NCBI GenBank assembly: GCA_900291995.1
Contig: OLMU01000954.1
Location: forward strand, 1 to 41,722
DNA from: Licmophora abbreviata
Lineage: Eukaryota
Length of the DNA: 41,722 nt
Direction of reading: 5' to 3'
Positions 31,892 through 41,722 of this stretch are shown piece by piece. The notes below the pieces were generated by a model, which searched no databases, was not told the origin of the DNA, and was given only the letters and a program-made list of their open reading frames with translations. The translations under genes were made by a program, and so were the position numbers. Numbering within the stretch: the stretch's first letter is position 1; every line of letters starts with the position of its first letter.

Positions 31892-33172
31892 TTATTGGCA
31901 ATTGTCGCATGTTTCGTTGCAAATACTGAATGCATCGTGGCCCTCCACACAGTATTTCTTTTGCTCTCTTACTCTCAATGACAGCCACAAGCAATTGCGT
32001 CTTGCTCCCCCTTCGTCGAGAAACTTTTTAAACCCGTCTTCGCAAGTATCTGTGCAAGCTCCACAAGTTTCTCTACAAGCCTCCATGGCGGGATTACCCG
32101 GGACACAGAGCTCATCGCGAAACGATTGTCTTTTTGGGTCGTTCAGCCAGACGCACCTCTTGTTGCCCTTGCCTTGAACGGGGAACCTCGCTTTTTTATC
32201 ATCATCACACGTGTCACCAGCCGGAGCTTGGGCTCCCTGCCCAGGCTCATCGGGCGCAAAGCTACCAACAAGAGCGACGGGCTCCGGATCTGCACAGCTC
32301 CCTGGAGCTACTCTGCAAATCCAATCGCTGACCCCGGACATTCTCGTATAGACACCTGGGTAGTCTGACGCACATGGACCACCAAAACTCGTCACTCCCA
32401 CGACTTTGTTAGAAGAACTGAGGATTGGCCCACCGCTATCCCCATTGCAGGAATCTCTTCCCGGAGCCCGCGCACATAGCATACTGCGTTGAGAAATCGA
32501 CCATGGACTGAACTTAGCAGCGCAAACATCATGTGGAACAGCATTAACCTGGGTCTTTCGTAGCGTATCGGGAGCGATGTACTTTCCTCCAACAGCATTA
32601 GTGTTTCCCATTCCAATCACCGTCAAGACCTCGCCATCGTAGGGATGACCGACGTCGACGTTGACTTTGACACCCTGTACTCCAGGTATGGGACGGCTGA
32701 GTCGCAACAGGGCGACGTCGTTCTCTTGCGTTCGGCGGTCGTACTGTGGGTGGGGGATCCTTTGAATGATGTCCACCGGAATGTGCGTTTCATGAAAGAT
32801 ATTGGTTTTGTATGCGCTTACGATAGCGGTGGCGTCTTTGATATCACCAAACTGACAATGCGCTGCGCTGAGAATCCACTGCTTGTCGTCGCTGTCCAAC
32901 AAGACTCCGCCACAGTAGTGACCTCCATAATAGCGGACGCTAACAAAGAAGGGATATTCATCGAGATTCGCGTTGGCACCCCCAATAATCCTGCTCTCTT
33001 CTTCCCCGCTATTTCCGTCATGAACGTCTGGAGGGGAGGCGCCGTCAAGTATTTCCTTCGCCTTGGCTCGCAAGGAAAAGGACGGCGACGCCCAAGTCGA
33101 ATCGAGCCAAAAGAGACTCAGAAGTAGAACCGGAAGTATCTTCCGAATGCCGAGTAAAGTGAATTGAACCAT
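31892..33172 (-). CDS. Secreted trypsin-like serine protease (S1A) with two C-terminal 6-Cys ShKT-like modules
   Basis: Signal peptide, R-IIGG activation site, SAAHC, NDVALL, DSCNGDSGGP, PGVYTR. Intronless. Confidence 0.95.
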   Translation of the reverse strand: MVQFTLLGIRKILPVLLLSLFWLDSTWASPSFSLRAKAKEILDGASPPDVHDGNSGEEESRIIGGANANLDEYPFFVSVRYYGGHYCGGVLLDSDDKQWILSAAHCQFGDIKDATAIVSAYKTNIFHETHIPVDIIQRIPHPQYDRRTQENDVALLRLSRPIPGVQGVKVNVDVGHPYDGEVLTVIGMGNTNAVGGKYIAPDTLRKTQVNAVPHDVCAAKFSPWSISQRSMLCARAPGRDSCNGDSGGPILSSSNKVVGVTSFGGPCASDYPGVYTRMSGVSDWICRVAPGSCADPEPVALVGSFAPDEPGQGAQAPAGDTCDDDKKARFPVQGKGNKRCVWLNDPKRQSFRDELCVPGNPAMEACRETCGACTDTCEDGFKKFLDEGGARRNCLWLSLRVREQKKYCVEGHDAFSICNETCDNCQ

Positions 33173-33896
33173 ATTATCGGTTTGTCTCGGTCAAGCGAGA
33201 TGATCTGGATTAATGCGTCGTTGTCTGATTTTTTCATTTGCAATCCATGCGTGACAAACATGAACTCGTGTTTGGACCCGTGAAAAGTGAGACGCACGCT
33301 TAAATGGTTAAGCATAACCATTATGTCACTGAACAAGAACGTGAGCATTAAACTCTCCAAACTTAACTAACGAAGAAGGCTGCCAGCTAGGTGAAAAGTC
33401 ACGGACAGACAGTCGACAGATCCATACTGTAATTCTAACACTAAATATTGAGGATACCGTCCGAAACAGAAATCGAATCACGCGTACCAAGTACAACCAC
33501 CTCACACTGCACACATGTGCCTCTTGGAATACTCGCGTTCACGAATACGTCACGCACACCTGGAAACCGGTGTAGAGAGTAAATTTACCACCAGTTGTGC
33601 TACCTGTGCTAAGTAATCTTCCACCGCGTACTGCCCAATCATCTACAAACTACTGTTATGTAAACTCACTTCTAGCTAGAAGCTCGCGATTTGACATCTA
33701 TCAGTCCGCCGCCCACGATGTTGGCAGTCATTGCCTCAAACGACAAATAGGTGGAAAATGACGGCGTCGTTGCAGCTCTACCTTGAATCTTCCTCCTCGC
33801 TCCGCATTCAGTTTCTCGCGGTATTTTAGATCTCGTTAAAACTCTCAGTGCTCTACTTCTCTAGGTTGTCATGGCCATTCTACTCCCGCAACTATC

Positions 33897-35232
33897 TTAG
33901 GCAAGACACTCTGGGTTGCACACAGAAGGGCAGTTCTCGGCCATGGACGGGCCTCGCTCACAAACCCTTGCTGGGATTTTCTGTGGCTTTTTCTCCATTT
34001 GGAACTCAGCCCTATCTCTGATTCTCCAACACCTCGACGACCTGGTTCGGCCTTTCCACTCATACCTAAACCTATCGGCGTTGTCTTCGCAGTTCGGCTT
34101 GATCTCGGTCTGGTCGAGAAGAGGAGGAGAGCAGAATTTCGGGTCGAAGCCACATGCCCAAGGGCAGATGGAGCTTGTGCGACAGAACTGTTGACAATAG
34201 AAAACACTTTGTCAGCATCCCAACAGACCAACGCAAGATTTTTTATTGGACACATGGCACCTACCCCTGTAGGCTTACTACAGTCTGGATTTCCAAAGGA
34301 GTCGATTCCAAGATGTACGCCATTTGCGAAGATTGCAGATCCACTGTCACCTCGACATCCATTTTTAATAACGTTGATGTCAAAATCATCTGCGCAAAGC
34401 ACGTTCTCCTCTGTGATACCACCATAGATTTGTTTGCACTCATCGAACGGAAGGTGAAATAAGGTGACCTTTTGGAGAAGCGAGGCTCCCGTGTACGCAA
34501 TGTCTGGCTGAGTTGTGGTCCCCATACCGATTGTAGTCATCGGAAATTGCCGCTGACTTGGAAAATCAGGATCTTCATTGCAGTAGAGGAAATCAGATGC
34601 CGGAATGGTGTCGATCCGTTCATCAAGAGCGATGATAGCCGCATCGTGCGGCCCGCTAGCCAAATGAATACTCAGCGGCATGCGAACGATTGCTCTGTCT
34701 TCTCCTAGACAGCTGTCACTTGAGATTGCGTTGCACCAAATCTCTCCCTGCGTCATAAGCGTGTTGCCGTAGGCGCCTTCAACACAATGGCGTGCTGTAT
34801 CATATATCAATGAAAAGTGTCGACACGAACATGTGAGATGGCGAGAAAAGTCTGAAGTAGAAAGGCATCGTGCACTGATGACATACCGGTTAGAACATGC
34901 TGTCCTCCAGGAAGCAGAGTGCCACCGCACCAGTGATTCTTGAGAAAATCTCTTCCGTGTTCAGCCTTGCAGGGGTGTGTGTTGCTCAGCTGGCCGCTCC
35001 TGACCCTAATATCACAGTAAAAGGGAAACTCGTTTGGAAGAGCATCCGCACCACCGATGATACGATTCTCGTCTTGCTGAGCGATGCGCTTGCCGAGGAC
35101 AGCGCCGATTTCACCGAATATGCCACCACGTACGCCCGTGCTATTCCCAATTGATGTGAAGGACGCAGAGCATTCGACGCCCGCAAGGAGCACGAGGCCC
35201 AGGGCAGCGGAGAATCGGCAAGAAGGCCACAT
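33897..35232 (-). CDS. Divergent S1A serine protease with one ShKT-like module, 3 exons
   Basis: Signal peptide, R-IIGG, VLTARHC, HDAAII, NGCRGDSGS. Introns 34795-34886 and 34188-34264. The last exon (34187-33897, not in the ORF track) reads FCRTSSICPWAC...CEDNADRF...CPSVCNPECLA*. Confidence 0.85.
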
Positions 35233-35755
35233 GATGCTGCGAAAGCAAAATGGTCGACGACTGCGGTCAACAACAAACCCAGGTTAGGAAAACGTGATAT
35301 TCCTGTATCACATTGCCTCTCAGGCTATTGGTCTTCTGTTGCTTTGCGTGATTCTCTTCTTTTTCGTCGAGTCTCGTCATCCGATAAATACGGGGTTCAC
35401 GCTTTTGAGCTGTTGTCGCCCAAAAAGATGAGAGCCTGGCCTGAAACATATAAAATGTCAACGCGAAACAAAATATAGGCTAAATAATTCATTTCCTAAT
35501 TATACGTATTAAGCCATTAATACATTTCAATTCATGTTTGAGCTGCGCCGTCTGGCCATCACAAGATGGTCATTCATTTTCCGAACTACCGCGACGAGAG
35601 TCATTGATCGGCCCAGAGCATCATTGTCCAGCGTGACTTTGTGACCAAGGGAGGCCAGTGCAATGCTATGGTCGATGCTGCGCCATTTTGTTCGGCAGAC
35701 AGACACTACGGAAGCCAGTTTCAGGTGAAACACCTCCTCAAAGCCTATCATTGAA

Positions 35756-38207
35756 ATGTCGAGTCGCTGGAGGACCTCGGCGCAAGAGGCTCCGGGCAGC
35801 GGAGCGCGAAGCATCGTCGGAGAGAGTACTGTCGGCGAGTCCACCCTGGCGGCAAATCTCGATTTCCTCGACGATATGCTGGAACAGTCGGCGCCCTCAG
35901 TCGTTTTGGAGAGGGACGGGCAGTCACCTCTTCACGACTCCTTCAACGAGAGAGAGATTGGGTCCATTATGGATTTTGTGACGGGCGGGAGTCGCTGTGG
36001 CACTACCGGTAGCTGGAAGAAGGAGCCGACTCTGACACACCAGCAAGAGGACCTTTCATTAGCAACTGAAACCAATCAACAAGGGGAGGATCATGAGCCT
36101 CTCTTCACGTCCTCGCTTCCGTCAGTTCCTAGTCGACCTGCGTCTTTGTCACTGGCTTCATCCAGAAAGGGATCCCGAGGGTCGTCGTCTTCCCTGCGCA
36201 AGCGGAATGACGAGACTGCCAGAACAATAACAAACCCAGCGGCTTTCGAGACTCAAGAGCCTCAAAGGGAAGACGAAGTTCCGCCCATACCCTTTTTCGG
36301 AACATCCATAATGAACGATGGAGACGACGACGATTCAATATCTCAAATCACATCGAGTATTGCCAGTCAAAGCTTTCACGACACATCAAGCCTACTGCAG
36401 GGAGGTTCTTCTCGGAACAGCAGTGGGTTCTTTCGTAAATCAAAACCACCGCGAACTGTTGCATCGGGTGGCGAGTCCTCGTTCGCTGACACGCTCGACG
36501 AAATTGCCGATATGCTACATCCGAACCAACACGGGAAGCCATTCGCCTCGCCCGTCAGACCGCGATCGTACATTCCACCCGACGACTTGTATCGACATAC
36601 CGCGTCTGATCAACGAGCGACCAGAGAAGATCGCGATTTGCTTTCCACGGTTGTTTCCAGTGCGGCTTTCCATATTCGCCCACTGTTGGCTAGATTTCGA
36701 CTTCAGCTTCTCTACTGGAACAGCCGCGTGCTCCCACACTCTTGGAGGTCGCGAAAGTCCGACGGCGAAGACGAAGACTATTACAGCATGCTAATGAAAG
36801 AAAACACCCCAGCCTCCATTACACATACGAAAGTTATGGGAGACGGCGGAAACCGACGGCGAGTCATGCGAAATGTTTTTTCGTTGCTAGGAGTTTTCTG
36901 TGGAATGACCCTGCTACTACTTGTATTGCGAGTCGCCATGATGCATGCCACCCATCGACTCCCGAATCCCTACCGACCGAAGCCAAACCGACCTCCTGCG
37001 GTTGGGAAGACAGTGTACGGAGGTATGTCTGTTAGAGGTGGAATGGCACGGCACTCGGTTGAAGAGCTTGTGACCGCTTCAGAAGTTGTCCACGCCAAAC
37101 CAGAACAACCCGCACCAGACTTTTCGCACTTCGAGCACATTGGTATGGATATTCCTACCGTCTTTGACAACATCCGCGATATCAATGAAGTCCCAGTTCA
37201 ACAGGGACTTGACGTCCCATTTTACTGGCATATTCCTCGAACCGCTGGTGGTACGATGAACGATATCTTGGGCGGGTGCATGGGCATGACCTTGGCCAGC
37301 GATGCAGGCGGAACTGGACCGGCTGGACAAAGTGATGTAAGTTATCCATGTTCGACACAATAATTCCATGTTCGACATAATAAGTGCTCTGAGGTACTGC
37401 ATCTTATGTTTCAACTCTGATACCCTCTTTTCATCCACAGAAGCTGCAAATTGTGAAGCTCTCCGAGTCGTTTTCCTACGTCAACGTCGACACGTCCAGT
37501 CCGGCGGGCTTGGAGCGAGCCAAACTGCTGGGTTTGCCGTCATCAGGCCTAGCAAATCTAGTTGTGAGTCCATGGCTGCATGAGGCAAGCTCTATATTTA
37601 CTCCTCAGCACAAGGCACGACTTTTTACTGTCTTTCGACATCCCGTTGAGCGAGCTGTATCACTTTTCCATTACGTGCAAGATACACAATGGCGATCACA
37701 AGAAACATTCAACAAGGAGCTGTCAGAAGTGACAATCGAAGAGTATTTCAATAGCGGACGCGCTGAAAGTAAGTGGTGGCAGATACAATGATAATCGGTG
37801 TCGCGGAAGTTCGTACACTGACTGACGCGTGGATTCATATCGCCCTTGCAGACAACTGGATGACGAGGTTTCTCATCAATGAGTTGACAAAAGGCGAGTT
37901 GACGCAGCAAGATGCCAACATGGCCAAAGAAATCTTGCGACGGAAGAGTCTTGTTCTCCTCCTGAGTGAAAAAGATGAATCATTTGCCCGCATGGAGCGG
38001 TACTTTGGGTGGCAGCTCAAAGGCGACGAGGAAAAGGAATGTCATGAGAAGAAACTACAATGGGCCTGGCCGCTGAAGCATCGGCATGATGATGTCGAAG
38101 AGGGCACCCCTCTCTGGGATCTGATCATGGCCCACAACGTGTACGACATGGAGCTGTACGAATATGCCAAGATCGTCTTTGACGAGCAGGGCAGAATGTT
38201 CCACTGA
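35756..38207 (+). CDS. Type II membrane (Golgi-type) sulfotransferase-like protein with long disordered N-terminus, 3 exons
   Basis: TM helix VFSLLGVFCGMTLLLLVLRVAM, 5'-PSB-like YWHIPRTAGGT, 3'-PB-like FRHPVERAVSLFHY, NWMTR, HNVYDMELY. Introns 37337-37440 and 37769-37851. Confidence 0.85.
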
Positions 38208-38773
38208 ATGGTGAATACAGGACCGCGGCGGCTATTCCATCCAACGAGGAAAGTTGTTAAGACCGAAACGAGAATCGCGGTGTGCTGTACCCTACTTGAT
38301 ACAGGTGTTCTAGTCTGCATAGTGGGTGCAAGTTAGTTGGTGCCCTTAGTAGTCAATCGATAGAGGTTTTGCTTTTGGCAGATATTGGAATCGAAGAACC
38401 GGTAGGGATGGACTAAAGTCAAGGCCCACTCGCGGGGCCCAATTCGAAAACGTCGAGTCTTGGATCCCGCAGTCATGAGTGACGCACTTTCAAGAAAAAA
38501 GCGCGCTCCACACTTTTGTTGTTCTCAAAGAACGACGATGGCACATAAAGACGACAACACACGCGTTGTGCCTCTCTTTGCATCGAACATGCCCGATGGT
38601 CGTCGTCTACAGTGTTAGCGCAGCTATCACATGCCGTAGACTTTCTGCGAAGTCTTCCCTTCCATGGGGCTTCCCTCGGAGCGTGGCACGGATCTTTTTG
38701 GAAGATTTCGGAAAGGACGCGACCGTGTACCTCCACCTGCCCACAATATCTTTCTCATCAGGACTGCACGAAG

Positions 38774-40312
38774 ATGTGGGGATTAACGAGTAGACCACAG
38801 TGGCTTTTGCTGCTCTTTCTGGTTCAAAAGGAAAGTGTGAGCGCCTCACGCTTTCGTCGCCCACGAATCGTCGGCGGAAGCAACGCTGAGACAGGTGATT
38901 TTCCGTTCTACGTGAGCTGGGCCGGTTCATGCGGTGGGGCACTAGTCGCACCTGATGTCGTACTGACCGCCGCCCACTGCGGCGTGATTGAGTCAAACTC
39001 AATCTATGTTAACGCTTTTCGTCGCGGTAGCTCCAATCTTGCCATTTTGCGTACCATTGAGGAGCGCTTGTACCATCCCGGATACGACGGCAATGTTGTG
39101 AACGATTTCATGCTCCTCAAGCTGTCTGAGCCTGTCCAGATAACACCCGTGGCTCTCGCTGATTCTGAAGTGTCCTTGCACCCAGGCAAAAACTTGACAG
39201 TCATTGGACTCGGACGAACGGAGGAGAACGGGAGCCTTGCATCGACTCTCCAAGAAGTTACCGTCCCTACTCGGGCGGACAGCGACTGTTCTCAAATGTA
39301 CGGCAGCGTTTTTGACCCGCAAACCATGTTCTGCGCCGGCGAAGATTCTCTCGACTCGTGCGAAGGCGACTCGGGAGGACCAGCACTATCAGAAGACACT
39401 TTGGTGGGAATCATCAGCTTTGGCGTTGGGTGCGGCCGGCCCGACTTTGCTGGGGTCTATGCCCGTGCGTCGTCGGCAATCGACTGGATTGACGGTTCAA
39501 TCTGTGCCGTGTCAGTCAGTGCCCCGGAAGCCTGTAAGACTAAAGCCCTGTTGATTGAAATCCAAATGGACGGGTACCCGAGCGAGAATGCATGGTCGCT
39601 TACAGAATCGCATGGTGACGTTGTTCTGGCGGCTGGATCTGGATACGTCATCCCCAACGCTGTGTACTACACGACACTCGAGCTAACTCCGGGCAAGGAG
39701 TATGTCTTTGCAATAAGCGACCAGTACGGAGATGGCATATGCTGTGACTATGGGAGTGGCTTTTATCGATTGCTACTCGAGGGCGAAGAAATTGGACGGG
39801 GTAGTGACTTTGGTACAGCGTCATCCATTTCTTTCCGCTTCAACGGTACTGACAGCTCCAATGTAGCGACCATAGCACCATCGCCCTTTCCGAGCCAAGA
39901 ACCAGTCCGGGCAACACCTGTTCCCACAGAGGCTACTTCTTCTCCAACGAGAGCAACCCTATCTCCATCAACGCAGCTGACACAGTCTCCCTTAGCTTCT
40001 ACAGGCGGCCCCTCCTCGTACCCCGAACTACCCACCCGGTATGACTCGACGAACGTCTGCGTCGACACCGACCTTCAGTTCCACGTGGACAATGTGGTCG
40101 GTGTACAAGATTGTCAGTGGTTAACGGAGAACTCCATCCGCTACGACTTTCTGTGCACTTTCGTCGATGTCGCTGTTGTAAGTTGGAGCTCGTCTCTTTC
40201 GCCTGCAACCTTCGTTGCCTTCGCATTCATCAATCACATGACTTCTAATTACCCTTTCTGCTCTCGACAGGCCTGTCCTTCGACATGTGATATTTGTGAC
40301 TTGTTCCTATGA
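38774..40312 (+). CDS. Trypsin-like serine protease with DxYGDGxCC module, P/T/S linker and ShKT-like tail, 2 exons
   Basis: ATG 38774 begins a signal peptide. R-IVGG, LTAAHC, NDFMLL, DSCEGDSGGP, then MDGYPSENAW...DQYGDGICC. In-frame intron at 40178-40270. Confidence 0.9.
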   Translation: MWGLTSRPQWLLLLFLVQKESVSASRFRRPRIVGGSNAETGDFPFYVSWAGSCGGALVAPDVVLTAAHCGVIESNSIYVNAFRRGSSNLAILRTIEERLYHPGYDGNVVNDFMLLKLSEPVQITPVALADSEVSLHPGKNLTVIGLGRTEENGSLASTLQEVTVPTRADSDCSQMYGSVFDPQTMFCAGEDSLDSCEGDSGGPALSEDTLVGIISFGVGCGRPDFAGVYARASSAIDWIDGSICAVSVSAPEACKTKALLIEIQMDGYPSENAWSLTESHGDVVLAAGSGYVIPNAVYYTTLELTPGKEYVFAISDQYGDGICCDYGSGFYRLLLEGEEIGRGSDFGTASSISFRFNGTDSSNVATIAPSPFPSQEPVRATPVPTEATSSPTRATLSPSTQLTQSPLASTGGPSSYPELPTRYDSTNVCVDTDLQFHVDNVVGVQDCQWLTENSIRYDFLCTFVDVAVVSWSSSLSPATFVAFAFINHMTSNYPFCSRQACPSTCDICDLFL

Positions 40313-40374
40313 TAGAACCAACCATATGTAACTGAGAACGACGAGCCCTATTTGAGGTATATAAGACGTATAGG

Positions 40375-41505
40375 TCACCTCTTGTTGCACGCTCCGCATG
40401 TTCTTCGACAAATCAATCTAGCTTCACTTCCAGTCGCGCATAGTCGTATCCTGTCGACTGGATGCCGATTGAGCCAGCGGCAGTCTCTTAATGCTGAAGC
40501 ACCATCAACGGAGAAGCGAATGTAGTCGTCATCTCGACATCGCCTCCGCAAATTGCAGTCGCTCCTTGTACACCCCTCTGCTTTCACTACAGTCTCATCT
40601 TGCAAATCAACAGGCATTGTGTCAAAATCTCGTGCTCGGAAGAATCGCGACGAATCCGCATTCACCAATGAAGTGCTAGGCCATCCATGGTATTTTCGAC
40701 ATTGGGCATCTCCGCGATCGAAAAGAGCATGCTCGCACATCACCTTTTCTGACCATTCAGCAATGGCCGTAACTCTTGCGTAGACGCCGGGCCAGTCGGG
40801 ATCGGCACAGCTCACGCCAAACGATACCACGCCTAATTGAAGGTTGTCTTTGTTCAGAATCGGCGAACCAGAGTCACCCATACAACTATCTTGCCCATCA
40901 CCTCCAGCACACAGCATAAGATCATCGGTTATGTTCACTAGACTTTCATATCGACTGGCGCACGCATCTTGCGACCATGCAGTCACGGTCGTTTGGAGTA
41001 AGGACTCGGAAGGAGTATACTCGGCGGCGTTGGTGGTTCCTTTTCCGATGACCGTTAGCTTTTCTCCTGTAGGGGGAAGAGATGGTTCTTTGCTCAATGT
41101 TACTGGGATCACGTTGGTTACTGGCTCAGCTAGCCTTAGTAGCATAAGGTCGAACTGCTGACGACTAGGGTCATAATCGGGATGCTTAAAGTGTTGGGAA
41201 ACTTTGACGGGATCGTCCATATTCTCGGGGCCTACGTAGGCTGTGAGATGGGGTGCATCGCAGTGGCTTGCTGTCAGGACCCATTCTGGACTCAATAATG
41301 TACCACCACAGTGGAACCTCTCACTTGTCGTTCGTTCGCCTTTTGCTAGACGCACAAAAAAAGGATATGCCTCCGTGGGAGCAGGATCGCCTCCGATGAT
41401 GCGCGGTTGTATCTCGAATTCGAGCTGCTTCGTCCCAGCTACTGCCGTTCCGAAAGCGGTAGCGGAGAGCGCAGCAGTTATCCTCAGACGCTTCTCTAAC
41501 CTCAT
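40375..41505 (-). CDS. Trypsin-like serine protease with C-terminal ShKT-like module
   Basis: Signal-like N-terminus, R-IIGG, LTASHC, FDLMLL, DSCMGDSGSP, PGVYAR. Intronless, convergent with the previous gene with 62 bp between the stops. Confidence 0.95.
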   Translation of the reverse strand: MRLEKRLRITAALSATAFGTAVAGTKQLEFEIQPRIIGGDPAPTEAYPFFVRLAKGERTTSERFHCGGTLLSPEWVLTASHCDAPHLTAYVGPENMDDPVKVSQHFKHPDYDPSRQQFDLMLLRLAEPVTNVIPVTLSKEPSLPPTGEKLTVIGKGTTNAAEYTPSESLLQTTVTAWSQDACASRYESLVNITDDLMLCAGGDGQDSCMGDSGSPILNKDNLQLGVVSFGVSCADPDWPGVYARVTAIAEWSEKVMCEHALFDRGDAQCRKYHGWPSTSLVNADSSRFFRARDFDTMPVDLQDETVVKAEGCTRSDCNLRRRCRDDDYIRFSVDGASALRDCRWLNRHPVDRIRLCATGSEARLICRRTCGACNKR

Positions 41506-41722
41506 TGTCCAGATTCCTTCGTATGAGGGGCCCTTGAAGGCCAGGAACGAAGAGCTGAGAATTGATAACGCGAATGCGTGACTGCAAAGCCAGACTTATT
41601 TCGAAAATGTCATTTTCACCCAATAGAATATCAAAGAGTCACATTTCTGTACTAGTTTTGTACTCCTAGTCATTACGATAATTATTGAAATGGGCCCAAT
41701 CTTCAATGTGGTCACTCGAGTC

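Noticed and set aside
33869..34930. Apparent broken or pseudogenised protease (split ORFs, nonsense-looking C-terminus)
   Set aside because: Two GT-AG introns restore a full frame with an intact triad and Cys-rich tail.
35445..35540. AT-rich patch, a possible diatom centromere-like low-GC region
   Set aside because: Only about 90 bp and lying in a divergent promoter spacer; too short to support the claim.
1..41722. CRISPR arrays, tRNA/rRNA genes, transposase or reverse-transcriptase ORFs
   Set aside because: None recognised by eye. tRNAscan-SE, Infernal and a repeat library search would be needed to exclude small or degenerate cases.

Overview
Gene-dense eukaryotic nuclear DNA, most likely from a pennate diatom. 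The evidence is an aureochrome bZIP-LOV gene, signal peptide + Phe-type plastid presequences, short GT-AG introns of about 75-210 nt and an expanded trypsin family. I reconstructed 21 protein-coding genes, placing splice junctions by hand. In order: a type I membrane protein, a threonine synthase-like (THNSL2-type) enzyme, a paralog of the first membrane protein, a bZIP factor, a C-terminally membrane-anchored papain-family protease, bifunctional P5CS head-to-head with P5CR (the whole glutamate-to-proline route), a DHH exopolyphosphatase, NDUFB10, a Cys/His-rich putative Zn-binding protein, a VLK/PKDCC-like kinase, an NTF2-like protein, two head-to-head PLGG1/LrgAB transporters, an aureochrome, a PPR protein with a single-base frameshift, a GST, and four trypsin-family proteases with ShKT-like tails surrounding a sulfotransferase. 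The most unexpected structure is a 168-bp non-coding element at 14164-14331. It is the two ends of the cysteine protease gene (stop-codon region plus start-codon/5' region) joined together with about 2.1 kb missing, so the proline gene pair is bracketed by direct-orientation copies of that gene. No rRNA, tRNA, CRISPR array or recognisable transposon was seen. Family calls come from motif recognition only; no searches were run.
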